Shown here piece after piece: positions 13,605-25,692 of a stretch of 64,000 bases of DNA. Each line of letters opens with the position of its first letter. The stretch's first letter is position 1. Source of the stretch: Macrostomum hystrix (lineage: Eukaryota > Animalia > Platyhelminthes); NCBI GenBank assembly GCA_950097015.1, contig CATNEN010000012.1, positions 1,240,001-1,304,000 on the forward strand, given 5' to 3'. The notes under the pieces were generated by a model, which was not told where the DNA came from, made no database searches, and saw only the letters and a program-made list of their open reading frames with translations. Made by a program: the position numbers and the translations under genes.

Positions 13605-13842
13605 AGACACCGGCGGGACACCGGCGGGAGGGCGCGGGTTGGGCGCCGGCGCCCCTCTGTACGCCCCACTATGGGCCCTCCCACCAGTGACCGGTGGGGG
13701 GGGGGCGTACGGTTTGGCCAAGCGCCTCGCTGGTGGCCCACCAGCTCCGCGCCGGTGGGGGGTGGGGGAGCAGGGTAAATTAAATTCGGGGCATATCCTC
13801 AAAGTCTACTGTTAGTAGGCTGTGCTGTATTTTTTGAGCTTT

Positions 13843-14110
13843 GACTTTCCAGGTTAATAAGTTCGAGTGGAAATCATTTGAAATCATGAAACCAACTCAG
13901 TCGTGTAGGAACTCATTTCTAGATTGATTTTCAATTGAATCCGACTCGATAAACTGTGCTCAAATCTATTGGGACACCGACGACAGCCATATAGTACTGA
14001 CATAGTCAGAGTCAAGATAAAATTTTCTAGGTGACTTTCCAGGTTAATAAGTTCGAGTGGAAATCATTTGAAATCATGAAACCAACTCAGTCGTGTAGGA
14101 AATCATTTCT
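13843..14110. repeat. ~78-bp direct repeat pair
   Basis: GACTTTCCAGGTTAATAAGTTCGAGTGG...GTAGGAA.TCATTTCT occurs at ~13843-13920 and ~14033-14110. Confidence 0.85.
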
Positions 14111-14315
14111 GTGGGGGAGATCAGTAGGGTGAGAGGGAGATCAGTAGGGTGAGAGGAAGTGTGGTAGTGAGATGCAGTAGGGTGAGAGGAAGTGTGGTAG
14201 TGAGATGCAGTATATTTCGCAGGTATCCGAGTTGCATTGTATTTACGATTCTCATCCTGGATTCTCATTTTTTATTCTCATCCTAGATTCTCATCCTAGT
14301 TTTCATCTTAGATTC

Positions 14316-14901
14316 TCATCCTAGAATCTCCAGGATAAGAAAGCAGCAGCTCCACGACACCAAGCACGTCAAGAAAGACCAACCGGAAGGCCGTAAAAGT
14401 GCAGCGTCTACAGGTCTGAACACAATTATGAGCATACGAGCACACATATATTTATGAGCACATGAGCACTGAGCACAACTGAATAACGAAAAATAACGAA
14501 ACAAGTTCACTAAGTTGACTTGTAATGCCGCATGCTGTTGCCAGGGGCGCCAAGGACGCCACACAGGCTGGGCTTTATCCTGATGCTGATGCTGCTGCTG
14601 CTGCTGCTGCTGATGCTGGTCCATCGACTGGCTAGATTCTTCGTCAGTAGACAAAGCCGACACCGTAGATGAGGGAAGACTTGCAGCAGAAGCTTATGGC
14701 CGCAGATTGAGTCTTGGCTGAGCCATTCAGCAGCAGCTCGACAGTCAGCTCCAGGATTTCGGCCTTCTCTAGACGCTGAAGCCGGTACGGTTTTATCACC
14801 TTGTTGGCCTTCAGCAGCTGTATGAGTTTTTCGAAGCTGGCATTAATTCTGGCTCTGCGCTGCCGCTCCATCACCTGCTTGCTGATTCTCCTATGCTCCA
14901 T
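14316..14901 (-). CDS. HES/Hairy-E(spl)-like bHLH repressor with WRPW motif; frame break near 14695 (possible pseudogene or assembly indel)
   Basis: MEHRRISKQVMERQRRARINASFEKLIQLL..LEKAEILELTVELL is a bHLH. The next frame gives a Ser-rich linker, polyQ/H and PVWRPWRPW. TATAAA lies upstream and AATAAA (minus strand, 14271-14276) downstream. Confidence 0.8.
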
Positions 14902-14974
14902 CAACTCTACTGGGCGTGTGGTTCGTCTGTTTTTTTAATTCGGAGCTCGAAATTTTGCCATCGACCGGCCGCCG

Positions 14975-15046
14975 CACGAGTTTATAAGTACACCCCCAGC
15001 CGCCAACCCCCGGCTTCCTGTTTCCTCTATCCCCGCTTCACTCGTG
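14975..15046 (-). promoter_or_regulatory. Putative HES promoter: TATA box plus two N-boxes
   Basis: TATAAA on minus at 14986-14981. CACGAG (N-box CACNAG) at 14975-14980 and its reverse complement CTCGTG at 15041-15046. Confidence 0.45.
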
Positions 15047-16132
15047 AAATGAAGTTTTAGCTGTCATGTTCAGCCTAGATTCTCGCAAATGTGCCTTATC
15101 TCTAAAAACAAACCTCATAAGTAAACAAGAAATATCACCAATTCTTTGAGGACCTCTCAACAATTAGAGTTCACAAAAAAGCTCGTTGCAGCGAGCGTGT
15201 GAATTAAAAAATGACTGTCAACACAGGTGGACAGGCGGCTTTATTCTGAAGTTCTGACGGGCTTAAAGTTCTCTGAGACGTTGTTCTCTTTGAGATTGCG
15301 ATTGAGAATGTTACAATTAATTGTAATTGCAGCAGCATTACATAGTTGTAGTTAGAACTTTCACAGTGTACAGCGCTAATTTCCTGCGGCATTGTCAGTC
15401 TTGACGCCACTTTGGCTTAACAACAGCCAGTCAAAAAGTGTTTTTGCCCTTCAAAAAGCCAGTCACACAGCAATAGTTAGAAAATCAGAAACATATTTCA
15501 GACATCGAATTTGAGAATTACGTTTATTTTGGCTCGAGCAAATAACTTTTTAAGCTGCAATGCACTGCAAACCTTCGTTTTCACTTTCACTTTCACTTCT
15601 CCGTTAAACTGATATGTAATGCACGTGTGAATTTCAAACCGATCAACAAAGTTGACACTGAAATTAATTAAACAAGACGAAATAAATACAAAGACTCATG
15701 AGATTTTTTCCTGCCATTTCTTCACGAAACATAGGAAAAGTTATTTTGCAAAGTTAATTATTGTTTCAAGCATTTATAATTGCTTGGAATTTCAGCCATC
15801 TCATAATTATTTGAGTTGGCATTTGTATTTAGAGTATATGTTATATGAATATAGCAGCAAAGTGTGTTCTTATGAAGTTTGTGTGTGTTTTTAATTATTT
15901 ATGCACTGTAGCTGCAGTTTTTACAGAAGGCACATTTTTTACTATTTTACCTTTAAGTCTCTTATAGCAGCTCAAGTTCTGTGTTTGTCTAAATAGGCAA
16001 AATTTAATCAGTTTAATCAATATTCATAAAGGCATTCAGAAGAAGATTAGTTTATTCACAGTTGGTCAATCATATCTTTTTGGTTGGCACTCAGCAGGCT
16101 GTTGTTGATTGTTGGCCATTCAGCTTCAACAC

Positions 16133-17270
16133 CAAGCACTTACCATAGCCTTTAATCATGTGATTAGTTCTCATATGCCCTTAGCTATGCCATGAGAGTG
16201 AAGAAAACCAGATGCCACAATTCCAGCTAGTGAGCCAGTATGATAAAGACCTGGTAAAATAAAGTTGATAAATAAATAGTCATCATAAGGAAATTTCATA
16301 GCAAAGTTATATACCTGTACCAGACCAAATATAGTGTACACTAGGATCACTTATATTGCTTGTAGGAACAAGAAGAGAAGAGGAGAAAAAGGAGAGGAGA
16401 GAAGAGGAGAGGAAAGAAGAGAGGAAAGATGAGCAGAGAAGAGTAAAGGAAAGGAGGGGAGAGGGGGAGAGGAGAGAAGAGCAGAGGAGAGGAGAGGAGA
16501 GAAGAGAGGAGAGAAGAGGAGAGGAGAGAAGAGCAGAGGAAAGGAGAGGAGAGGGGGAGAGGAGGGGGGAGAGGAGAGGAGAAGAGGAGGGGGGAGAGGA
16601 GAGGAGAGGAGAGGAAAAGAGGAGGAGAGGAGAGGAGAGGAGAGGAGAAGAGGAGGGGGAGAGGAGAGTGTACACTAGGATCACTTATATTGCTTGTAGG
16701 AACAAGAAGAGAAGAGGAGAAAAAAGGAGAGGAGAGAAGAGGAGAGGAAAGAAGAGAGGAAAGAAGAGCAGAGAAGAGTAAAGGAAAGGAGGGGAGAGGG
16801 GGAGAGGAGAGAAGAGCAGAGGAGAGGAGAGAAGAGAGCAGAGAAGAGGAGAGGAGAGAAGAGCAGAGGAAAGGAGGAGGGGAGAGGAGAGGAGAGAATT
16901 TCATAAACAGCAGTTTCAAGGCAAACTACTGCTCATGCAGTATCAAAACCAATAGCTCAAGGCAAACTACTGTGCATGCATTATCAAAACTAAGAGCTCA
17001 AGCAACCAGCAATTGTGTGTTGGGTATCTTGGGATGGGTTGGGCTAACACTAAAAATGATTATGTACTCAAGCACTTACCATAGCCTTTAATCATATGTG
17101 ATTAGTTCTCATATGCCCTTAGCTATGCCATGAGAGTGAAGACAACCAGATGCCACAATTCCAGCTAGTGAGCCAGTGTGATAAAGACCTGGTAAAATAA
17201 AGTTGATAAATAAATAGTCATTATAAGGAAATTTCATAGCAAAGTTATATACCTGTACCAGACCAAATAA
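16133..17270. repeat. Two GA-rich polypurine tracts with a shared header, flanked by a ~200-bp direct repeat
   Basis: Header GTGTACACTAGGATCACTTATATTGCTTGTAGGAACAAG at ~16335 and ~16669. Repeat copies at ~16133-16330 and ~17069-17269. Confidence 0.9.
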
Positions 17271-17920
17271 CTCTAGTGTACACTGGGATCAATTGTTATT
17301 GCTTTGCAGGAGCTAACCAACAATTTTGGGTTGGGTATCTAGCAAACACTTTACAACAAATGATTAGCCAAGCCTTACCAGTTCTCAGATGCCAGCCTGA
17401 AGATAGCAAGCAAAGCCACCATTCCAGCTTGTGTGATAAGGACCAGTTAAGATATACTAAGCCTCACTGCAGTTTGCTAAGTTTTTATCATCCTTTTAAC
17501 TGCTTTCACTTTCGTGAATCCTTAATTCCTTTAAGGCTCTTCAATTATTTTTAGCCACAATTCACTTCACTTTTAAGCTTTCAACTGAAATGCCACTGAC
17601 ATCATCCATGAGCAATGAGCTGCAGCTCAGGAGCATTGACCTAAACACTAGGTTTCTCTAGCTAGTGAAACCGAGCTATACACTATTACCATCCTTTTAA
17701 CTACCTTAAATCCATTTTAACCTTTTTAACTCCTTCTAAACACTTGAAGATTTGAAACATCCTTTGGTACACATTTTACTCCTAATCACTTCTACTTTTG
17801 CTTTACCTTTACTTTTACTTATTTACTTTTCAATATTCAGCTAGTTGTCGAATTGTTGTTGAATTGTCGAACAATGTCCCAGCAAGAGCAGGAACAGAAG
17901 CAGCAGCAACAGCAGCAACA

Positions 17921-17999
17921 GCAGCACATGGACCCACACCTCCTCGCGGTGTGCCGGGGAGCCCTCCCTCGTAAGGGGGAGAGCCTCGAAGTTGGGCCC
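17921..17999 (+). ncRNA. HDV-like self-cleaving ribozyme
   Basis: P1 CAGCAC/GUGCCG, J1/2 AUG, P2 GACCCAC/UUGGGCC, P3 ACC/GGU around L3 UCCUCGC (ACCUCCUCGCGGU as I recall it from the antigenomic HDV ribozyme), GG for P1.1, P4 closed by a GUAA tetraloop, J4/2 CGAA with the candidate catalytic C at 17987. Confidence 0.8.
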
Positions 18000-20900
18000 A
18001 AAACACTCGGAACTGCTGTTATCGTCAACGACGAAGATTGGCGCAGACTAATCCGCGCCGGCGACATCGAATCAAATCCAGGACCGCAGCTGTGCATCGG
18101 ATGCAAATTTCAACTTAGGGCTAACCCTATCCGCTGTTCAGGCTGCGGCGGAGGGGCACACCAGAAATGCACCAACCTAACGTCCAGCAACATCAAATTG
18201 TGTCAGGCCGGCAGCAAATCATGGCAGTGCGCCGGCTGCCAGTACGGCAACTCAGCAGGCACAGTCAACCAAGCTGCGCCGAGGCTGCCATGCAAAGCCT
18301 GTGGAGCCGTCATACGGCAAGGACAGCGTGGCATCCAATGCCATGACTGTGGAAATAGTTACCACGGAAAGTGCGCGATGACCAACCGCTACGAACGGAC
18401 CAAGCTAGCAAGCCAGGTTTGGGTATGTTACGGCTGCCGCGCAAACTGGCCCCCCGTGGGCGACACGCAGCCGAACGATCACAAACTGGGCACGCCGGAG
18501 AAGCCTAGAGGTCAGGACACAGAGAAGGAAGAATCGCCCCAGCAGGAGGCTGACGGCAGCATTCTCACGGTGATATCCGAGACAGGAGTCATCGATAACG
18601 GGGACACGGGCAGCAGCAAAGCAGCCCCGGATAGTCACGAGAAAAACCAGAGCAACGGAGGAAACCTCGGGAACAGATCAACAGACACGCCTCAGAACGA
18701 AGCCAGGAACCCGTGTTGTGTCTGCAAAACGCAGGTCGGAGGCAACGTGTGGAGTGTGCGCTGCAACACCTCAGGAGCATGGTGCCACCAGGGATGTAGC
18801 AATCTCAACAGCCGGCAATTTAAAGCTCGCAGCAAGGCGAGCTGGGCGAGCTGGGTCTGCCCATCACACGACACGGAGGCAAAGACAGCAGACGTCACGG
18901 AAAATGACCGACCAGAACACGATGAGGACCCGGAGCACAACTCGCCGCGAAGCGACATTAATGCGCGTTCGACGCGCCAAGCCAGGTGCGGCTACAAAGA
19001 ATGCCACAAGCCCCTCAGGGCCGGGCACGGTCTAGCCTGCCGAGAATGTAACCTCCGGGTGCACCAAATCTGCAGCGGAACATGCAGTCGGAAACTGATC
19101 GAACGATGGAAATATGAGAACAGCTGGCGGTGCAGATTCTGTAGCGCTAAACCGGAACCAGCAAAATCGGCAACAGGGCAACCTAGTAACGGCACAGCCA
19201 CCCGGAGGCACACCAACACCGTAGCCGACAGCGCCAAGCTAGAAAGCATTGCGCTCTTGCAATGGAACTGCGACGCCCTCGTGCCGAAAATACCGGAACT
19301 GGTAACGATGATGACGGAGCTTAACATCCAGGTGGCAGCCATCCAAGAAACCAAGCTGCGCTCTGAAGACCAAATACCGCAAACCCCCGGATACAAACTG
19401 ATACGGTGGGACCGCGACCGCACACGGCAGCGCGGGGGCGGAGTAGCGTTCCTTGTCCGGGAAAACATCCCCGTCAGGACCTTCATGCGCTCAGAACGCT
19501 CGGCCATCGCCGGTGAAGAACCGGCAGCTCTTGAAGCTATCGGAATCGACATCTTCCTCGAGGACGGCAGCCCGACGAGCATTTACTGCGCCTACGCACC
19601 GCCGACAGGTCGGAGAGACGCACTGGAAGCAGGGCTGCGCACCATGCCCGACAGAGAGACATGCATCTGGCTAGGGGATTTCAATGCGCACAGCGAGACA
19701 TGGGACCGGCATGCCGCCGCCAGCCCCAGGGGACAAACCGTGGAAGAGTGGGCAGAAGACACGGACTTGACCATCCTCAACACGGGAGAGAGCACCCGCG
19801 CCAGCAGGAGAGACGACACACCCAACAGCGCGCCAGACATCTCGCTGTGCAACGTGAACTTCCTTAGGCGTTTCTCGCCCACGTGGGAGGTTACAAAGAG
19901 ATTAGGCTCAGACCACTGGCCGATCATCATAAGAAGCGAGCGTAACACCGAACGCAAGCCCGACCAACATCGCCTCACTTGGAACTGGAAGACAGCGGAC
20001 TGGCCAAACTACCGCAGGCATGTGGAACGGCTCCTAGAGGCCCAACCTAACCCAAGTGAGGGAGTTCACGACCTGGAACAGAGACTGCGCCATATCGTGC
20101 TCGAGGCCGCCTACCGCAACATCGGTCTCAGTAAAGTGACCGGACCCAGAGTGGACGAGCTCAGCGAGGAAGCCCAGGCAGTTATCCAGACCAGGGATTG
20201 CGCCAAGGCGGATCCCAGCACCACCGCGGAGAAAATTGCGGAGCTGGAGGAACAGGTGCGAACTACCATACGCGCCGACCAACAAGAACGCTGGAGGGAC
20301 GCTATCCGTAGCAACAACGCCGTCGATAAGGTATGGAACCTGGTGCGGAAGGAGCAGGGGGGAGGCCGGCAGAGCGCGCCGACTGAGGTCATAACCCATA
20401 AGGGCAGGCAGTTCATCAGTCAGGCCAGCAAAGCCACCGCCTTTGCCCAGACGTACGCAGAAGTCAGCAACCTGATCATTGGCAAAGAGCACCGCCGGCA
20501 GCGCAAGGAGCTCAATCAAGCGCTGAGGAAAACGCCTAACCTGGGACCGGAAGGCCGCGAGATCACCATGGGGGAAACCATTGCTGCGCTGAACGACATG
20601 GACGGCACCAAAGCGCCTGGGCCGGACAGGATCCATCCACGACTCCTCAAAGAGCTACTACAATGTGCCATAGCAACGTTCCACAGGCTATTCCAACGAT
20701 CTTGGACGGAAACCGACGTGCCGCAAAACTGGAGGAAGGGCGAAATCATCCCGCTGCTCAAGCAGGGAGCCGATCCGGAACTGATCCCATCCTACCGCCC
20801 TATCTGCCTGACATCAGCTATCGGAAAATGGTTTGAGCGAATTCTTGCCAACCGCTTAAGTTCGTGCTTGAGAGCCGTGGCCTCATCATAGACGAGCAAG

Positions 20901-22957
20901 CCGGTTTCCGCAGCGGCCGCGCCACCACGGACCAGGCACTGCTCCTCAGCCAGGCCATTAGCGACGGCTTCCAGATCAGGCTTAAAACGCTGCTGCTTAC
21001 GCTGGACTATGCCAAAGCGTACGATACGGTGTGGAGAGCGGGCTTACTGAGTAAAATGCACAACCTAGGCATCGACGCCCGTCTCATCCGGTGGATCCAA
21101 AGCTGGTTGGCAAACCGTCGGGCCTGGGTCAGACTTGGACAAGAGACAGGCGCGCACGTCACCATGAAGCAGGGCCTGCCTCAGGGGGCCGTGTTATCGC
21201 CCATCCTCTTCCTCGTCTACATCAACGACGTTCGGAGTGCCATACCGGGAGATGTCGCCTTCAGCCTGTTCGCGGACGACCTAGCCATCTGGAGCCAAGG
21301 GAGGAGCATTTTAGAAGCCCGGCGCAAACTCCAGGCAGCGCTTGACGGAGTGGCCAAATGGAGCAGCAGATGGCTCCTCCGCCTCAACCCGGACAAATGC
21401 GAAATTGGAGTCTTTTCCATGAATCCTAATGATGCGTCGGCGGCCCCGGAGATCTACCTCAATGGGAAGCAACTCCGCGTGAACCCGCACCAGTGCTTCC
21501 TCGGAGTAACGTACGACCGCTGCCTAACCTTCGCGGAACACATCCGGAAATGCGTCCAGAAGGCCAGGCAAAGACTCCACCTACTTAGGCGCATCGGCGG
21601 CCCGGAATGGGGCATGGACGACAGCACAATCCGCGTAGCCTATCTTGCACTCATCAGGCCGGTGCTCGAGTACGCTGCCGCGGCCTGGATGCCATGGGCG
21701 GCAAAATCCCAAATTGAAAAACTGGAGCGCTGCCAGCGCGCCGCGGCGCGCATCATAACCGGTGCACTTGCCAGCACACCGGCAGAAGCCCTCCTAGCCG
21801 AAGCCGGCCTGACAACTATCGCGAGCCGGGGAAAGCTCGACGCTCTCACGCGCTACGACAAGTACAGCAGACTCGAACCGGAAACCAATCGCGCCAAAGC
21901 AGCCAGAAGCAACCTGCAGCAGCGTCTCCGGCGCCCATCGTGGCGAGACTGGTGCCGTGGCAATTGGCCGGCAAACATCCTGCAACCAACCAACACCGAA
22001 GGCAAAAACAGCATCGATCTGCCTCCACCCCCATGGTCTACCAATCAGCCGCTGGAGCTCGACCGCAACTCCATCCACAAGCTTGACAATGCCCAAGCCA
22101 ACCGGCAGGAAGCCGAGAAGAGGCTCAAAGACAAGCCAGCTGATGTCACGCTGTTCACGGACGGATCCACGACTGATGACAAAAAAGGAGGTGCGGGCTG
22201 GATCGCGTTTGACCAAGACAACAACGAAATCGGCAGCAGCTGCCAGCCAGCCGGAATCGAATGCTCCTCCACGCAAGCCGAATTGGTAGCCATAGACGAC
22301 GCACTTAAATGGCTAGCCAGAACGGAGGGCTGGAACACAGCTACCATTGCGTGTGATAGCGCGGCAGCCTTGGCAACGATCGTCAGGCGGCGAGCGCGAT
22401 GGAACGATCCGATTGCGACTAGCATTGCCCACAGCTGGAACAGCATTGGTAGAAAAATTAGCCTAGTGTGGGTCCCAGGACACTGCGGATTGCCGGGCAA
22501 CGAGGCTGCGGACGCGCTAGCCAAAGAAGGCAGCTTGATGGACCAGGCAAACTCCCCATGGCAGTGGACGCACCAGGCGGCAACCAATGCCCTGCGCAGA
22601 ACGCTGGCAGACCACAACTGGACGCACAAACGGTCCGAAGAAACTTACGGAGGGCGCAAGATCAACAGGCAGCAAATGGCCGGATGGACCAGGCGGGAGA
22701 CCGTCGAGTACACCCGTCTCCGCACAGGCCACTCGCTACAGCTACGAGCGTACGCACACAGAGTCGGCTGGGATGACAGCCCCACCTGTCGCCTCTGCGC
22801 GAGGCAGGCGGAGGACATCGAACATATACTGCTGGACTGCCCGACGTTAGATAGCATCAGGCGCACCATTGGCATCACCGCGCTTGCGGATATGAGCAGC
22901 AGACCGGCGGAGTGTCGGATCATGCTGGAGGAGTTTGTACGCCGGACAATCGCCTGA
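17928..22957 (+). CDS. LINE polyprotein: 2A, 4x PHD, APE endonuclease, RT, RNase H, CCHC finger; 1-bp frame break near 20865
   Basis: APE: QWNCDAL, IQETKL, GDFNAH, SDHWPI. RT: QAGFR, GLPQGAVLSPILF, LFADD. RNase H: FTDGS, CDS, WVPGHCGLPGNEAAD. C-terminal CRLC..EHILLDC. Confidence 0.93.
18030..18086 (+). other. 2A-like ribosome-skipping (StopGo) peptide
   Basis: EDWRRLIRAGDIESNPGP fits D(V/I)ExNPG-P. The predicted skip is between 18083 and 18084. Confidence 0.88.
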
Positions 22958-25692
22958 CAACGATGACTGCAGTACCGAGCCCACAACAACAACAACAACA
23001 GCAGCAACAGCAGCAACAACAGCAGCAACAGCAGCAGAAACAGCAGCAGCCGCAGCCCAGCAGCCCTTGGCAGCTGCTGCCCACCACGGTGGGCCCGACC
23101 ACCATGGTCAAGGTCCAGTGGTGGAAGGTGAAGGGAGGGGCCGGGGCGGCCACCAACTTCACGCCACCGAGGCCCCGGTGCCCTCCCCCACCGGCGAAGA
23201 AATAAAGGTTTGTCTAAGCTACCTATATGTGATACCTTTATTCCTTATTTCTTAATCCTTAAACGTTAATTCTTTATATAAGCGCTATAGTAGTAAAATT
23301 ATACCCGTTTGCAGGTGTAAGTTTTCATTGACTCTGGTAAAACAATATTTACTTTTAGCCATTATAGCACCATTTATCAAAATGCGATTGTCACACTACA
23401 ATGCTAATGCAATATTACAAGGTAGCAAAATGTACTCACATTCAATATGATTGTAGCCATAATGTCCTATGTCGTGTCTTGTCGTGTTCGTGTTTAACCA
23501 GAAAATTGCATGAGTCATCCTCCAAGCTTTATAGCAAGTTTATCTGCAAATTTAAAGAAGCAGATAGCAACTGCGTACGAAGATAACCCCTCACTCCACC
23601 TTCATGCTGTCCAATAATGAGCTGCTAACATACCTCGAAATCTCCCACTTCGTCAGTTCAGATCGCGCATTTGATTTTTGTGTCAACTTTAGGTGTTTTA
23701 GCTGTTGTGTTAAAGCTTCCAACAAGCTTGTTAAAGCCAGATGTAAAAGCTTAGAGAGAGTAAAAGCTTGCTAAAGCTTAAATGGAAGCATTATCATCAT
23801 TTTTGTTGTGACGGCGTTTTTTAATTGTCTATTTTCCCATTGTCGTGCTTTTTTGAATGCATGCGAGCTTTTGTTTGTCTTTTTTACTGATATTTTGTAC
23901 TTTCGTTCTCGAAAGCAACAATTACTGAAGTATAAAGAAATGGCACGCTTAAAGAATTACTTCTTTGAAACTAAAACAAACTGAATGAGGACAATTAGGC
24001 TGGAGGAAAGGGAAAGTTATGAGGCTGGAATGGAAAAATGCACACTGAGAGTAGAGGGTTGGAGGGAAAGCAAGTATATTGAGGGATTTACACTAGGGGG
24101 TAGTTCATTGAATGAGGGCTGAAGAACGTAGGCTGAAGGAATGTACAATGTAGGGTAGACGGTTGAAGGAGGGAAAGAACGTAGGCTGAAGGAATGTACA
24201 ATGGAGGGTAGACGGTTGACGCTTCGCGACACTTTGAATATTTTGGAATACATCTTTGCTTGTTGTCTTCCTTTATTTCACTCATATTTATTTATTACCT
24301 TGATGCACAGCCTAAATGTTTAGCTTCTTAGCTTTAGCTTAGCATGATAACCAACCCGCTCGGAAAAGTTTCGGCGGCCCGACAGCGGGCCGAATGCTAC
24401 CGTCGCTGCTTCTGCGATTTCAATTTTAACCTTGCAAAATCGCAATTTAAAATCGATTTAAACTTCAAGAACAAATGATCGATGCATTTATGATCGTTCT
24501 AAGCCAATAAATCAATAAGAAATTTTTTCGGCAAAACTGCGACGATAGCTGACTCCTACTATTGTCAGCGAGCGTAGCAGTCCGTGGCGGCAGTCCCGCT
24601 ACTTTTAGCCCGATTGTCGCAGCTAACGAAACTAACAAAATAAAATTGCTTAAAATTAATTTTGCGAGAACTGATAATCGATTGATCATGTATTAAGTCA
24701 TTTTACTTTTCTGTTGATGTTAATTAAATTTGGATACTTTTAATCGTGTAAAATGTATATTTTTAAATGACTTTTCGCGTCTGCGCGTGTCATTAACGTA
24801 TACATGAGTTCGTTTTGTCTGCATTTTTGCATTTTATTTTACCAGTTTATTACCTTAAACAGCGTGTGGTACTACCGTTTTTGAAAGACTGGAGGGTGGG
24901 TGAAACTAAACTTTTGAAGATATGGAGTGTTATGTGGAACTATTTACTGGGCTGTTAATACAATAGCTTACTAAGTCTCAGCAATCTACTTTTGTACGGA
25001 ATTAGTAAGGCGGTAAGGCCTAGGCCCTAGCTTATGCCATATGCGATTTGGCCGATTTGATACTTTCTGCTGTTGGAGGTTCTATTATTCTTGGTTTCTG
25101 ATTGTAGCATAGCATCTTAATTGAATTATGGTTTACACATTTTTATATGGTTATAGGGCCTATGCTGAGTGCTGTTTTGCTAGATGTGGAAGTCTAGCAT
25201 GTTCCTAGTTTTTATTTGTAGCTTACTATACTTTATATGTATGGTTATTTAATGCATGCCTGGTTGCAATGGAGATTCAAGTTTCTTTATAGGTCCTAGT
25301 CCAAATCTTGCACTATAGCAAAGTCTTAAATCCCTAGACTGGTCTAGGCAAAACTATATTCTATAATACTATTAGGCATTGCAACATCAAAGCCTTGAAA
25401 AATTCTCGCATGAAGTTCTTGCATTTGGATAAAATTCTGGTTATAACAACTTCTATAATGTGTCTACTTCTTGACGGCTGGTCATATAAACTATTATCTA
25501 TAATTGATATGTGAACTAAAAATATGCATTTGAAGTATTCATTTTAATAGATTTACTTCTGTCTAAAAATTGTGCTATTTGGTAATACATATTAATGTCT
25601 TAATTATTATTGGCTTCTACCTACACAGTTATGTTCTACTTTTAAATCTGATAATTTTATCATATTCATGAACTATTGTTTCCATATTGCAG

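Larger units (their letters stand above)
17922..22999 (+). mobile_element. Full-length Ingi-like (I group) non-LTR retrotransposon
   Basis: 5' HDV-like fold, 2A motif, single long ORF, ~25-nt 3' UTR and (CAA)n tail. CAGCAGCAACAGCAGCAACA flanks both sides (17901-17920 and 22999-23018); the exact TSD length is ambiguous inside the repeat. Confidence 0.88.

Noticed and set aside
13128-13802. Minus-strand ORFs and a GC-rich patch at 13605-13790
   Set aside because: The ORFs are mostly the 17-bp repeat. The GC patch resembles a MITE end, but I found no partner TIR or TSD.
16307-17091. S/L/P-rich and E/R/G-rich ORFs
   Set aside because: Translations of the GA low-complexity tracts.
20860-20895. 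Programmed frameshift between the two LINE ORFs
   Set aside because: The break falls inside the RT N-terminal region, has no slippery heptamer, and is explained by one missing base.
18405-22732. Numerous antisense or alternate-frame ORFs over the LINE (likewise over Gypsy)
   Set aside because: Shadow ORFs of GC-rich coding sequence with no motifs.
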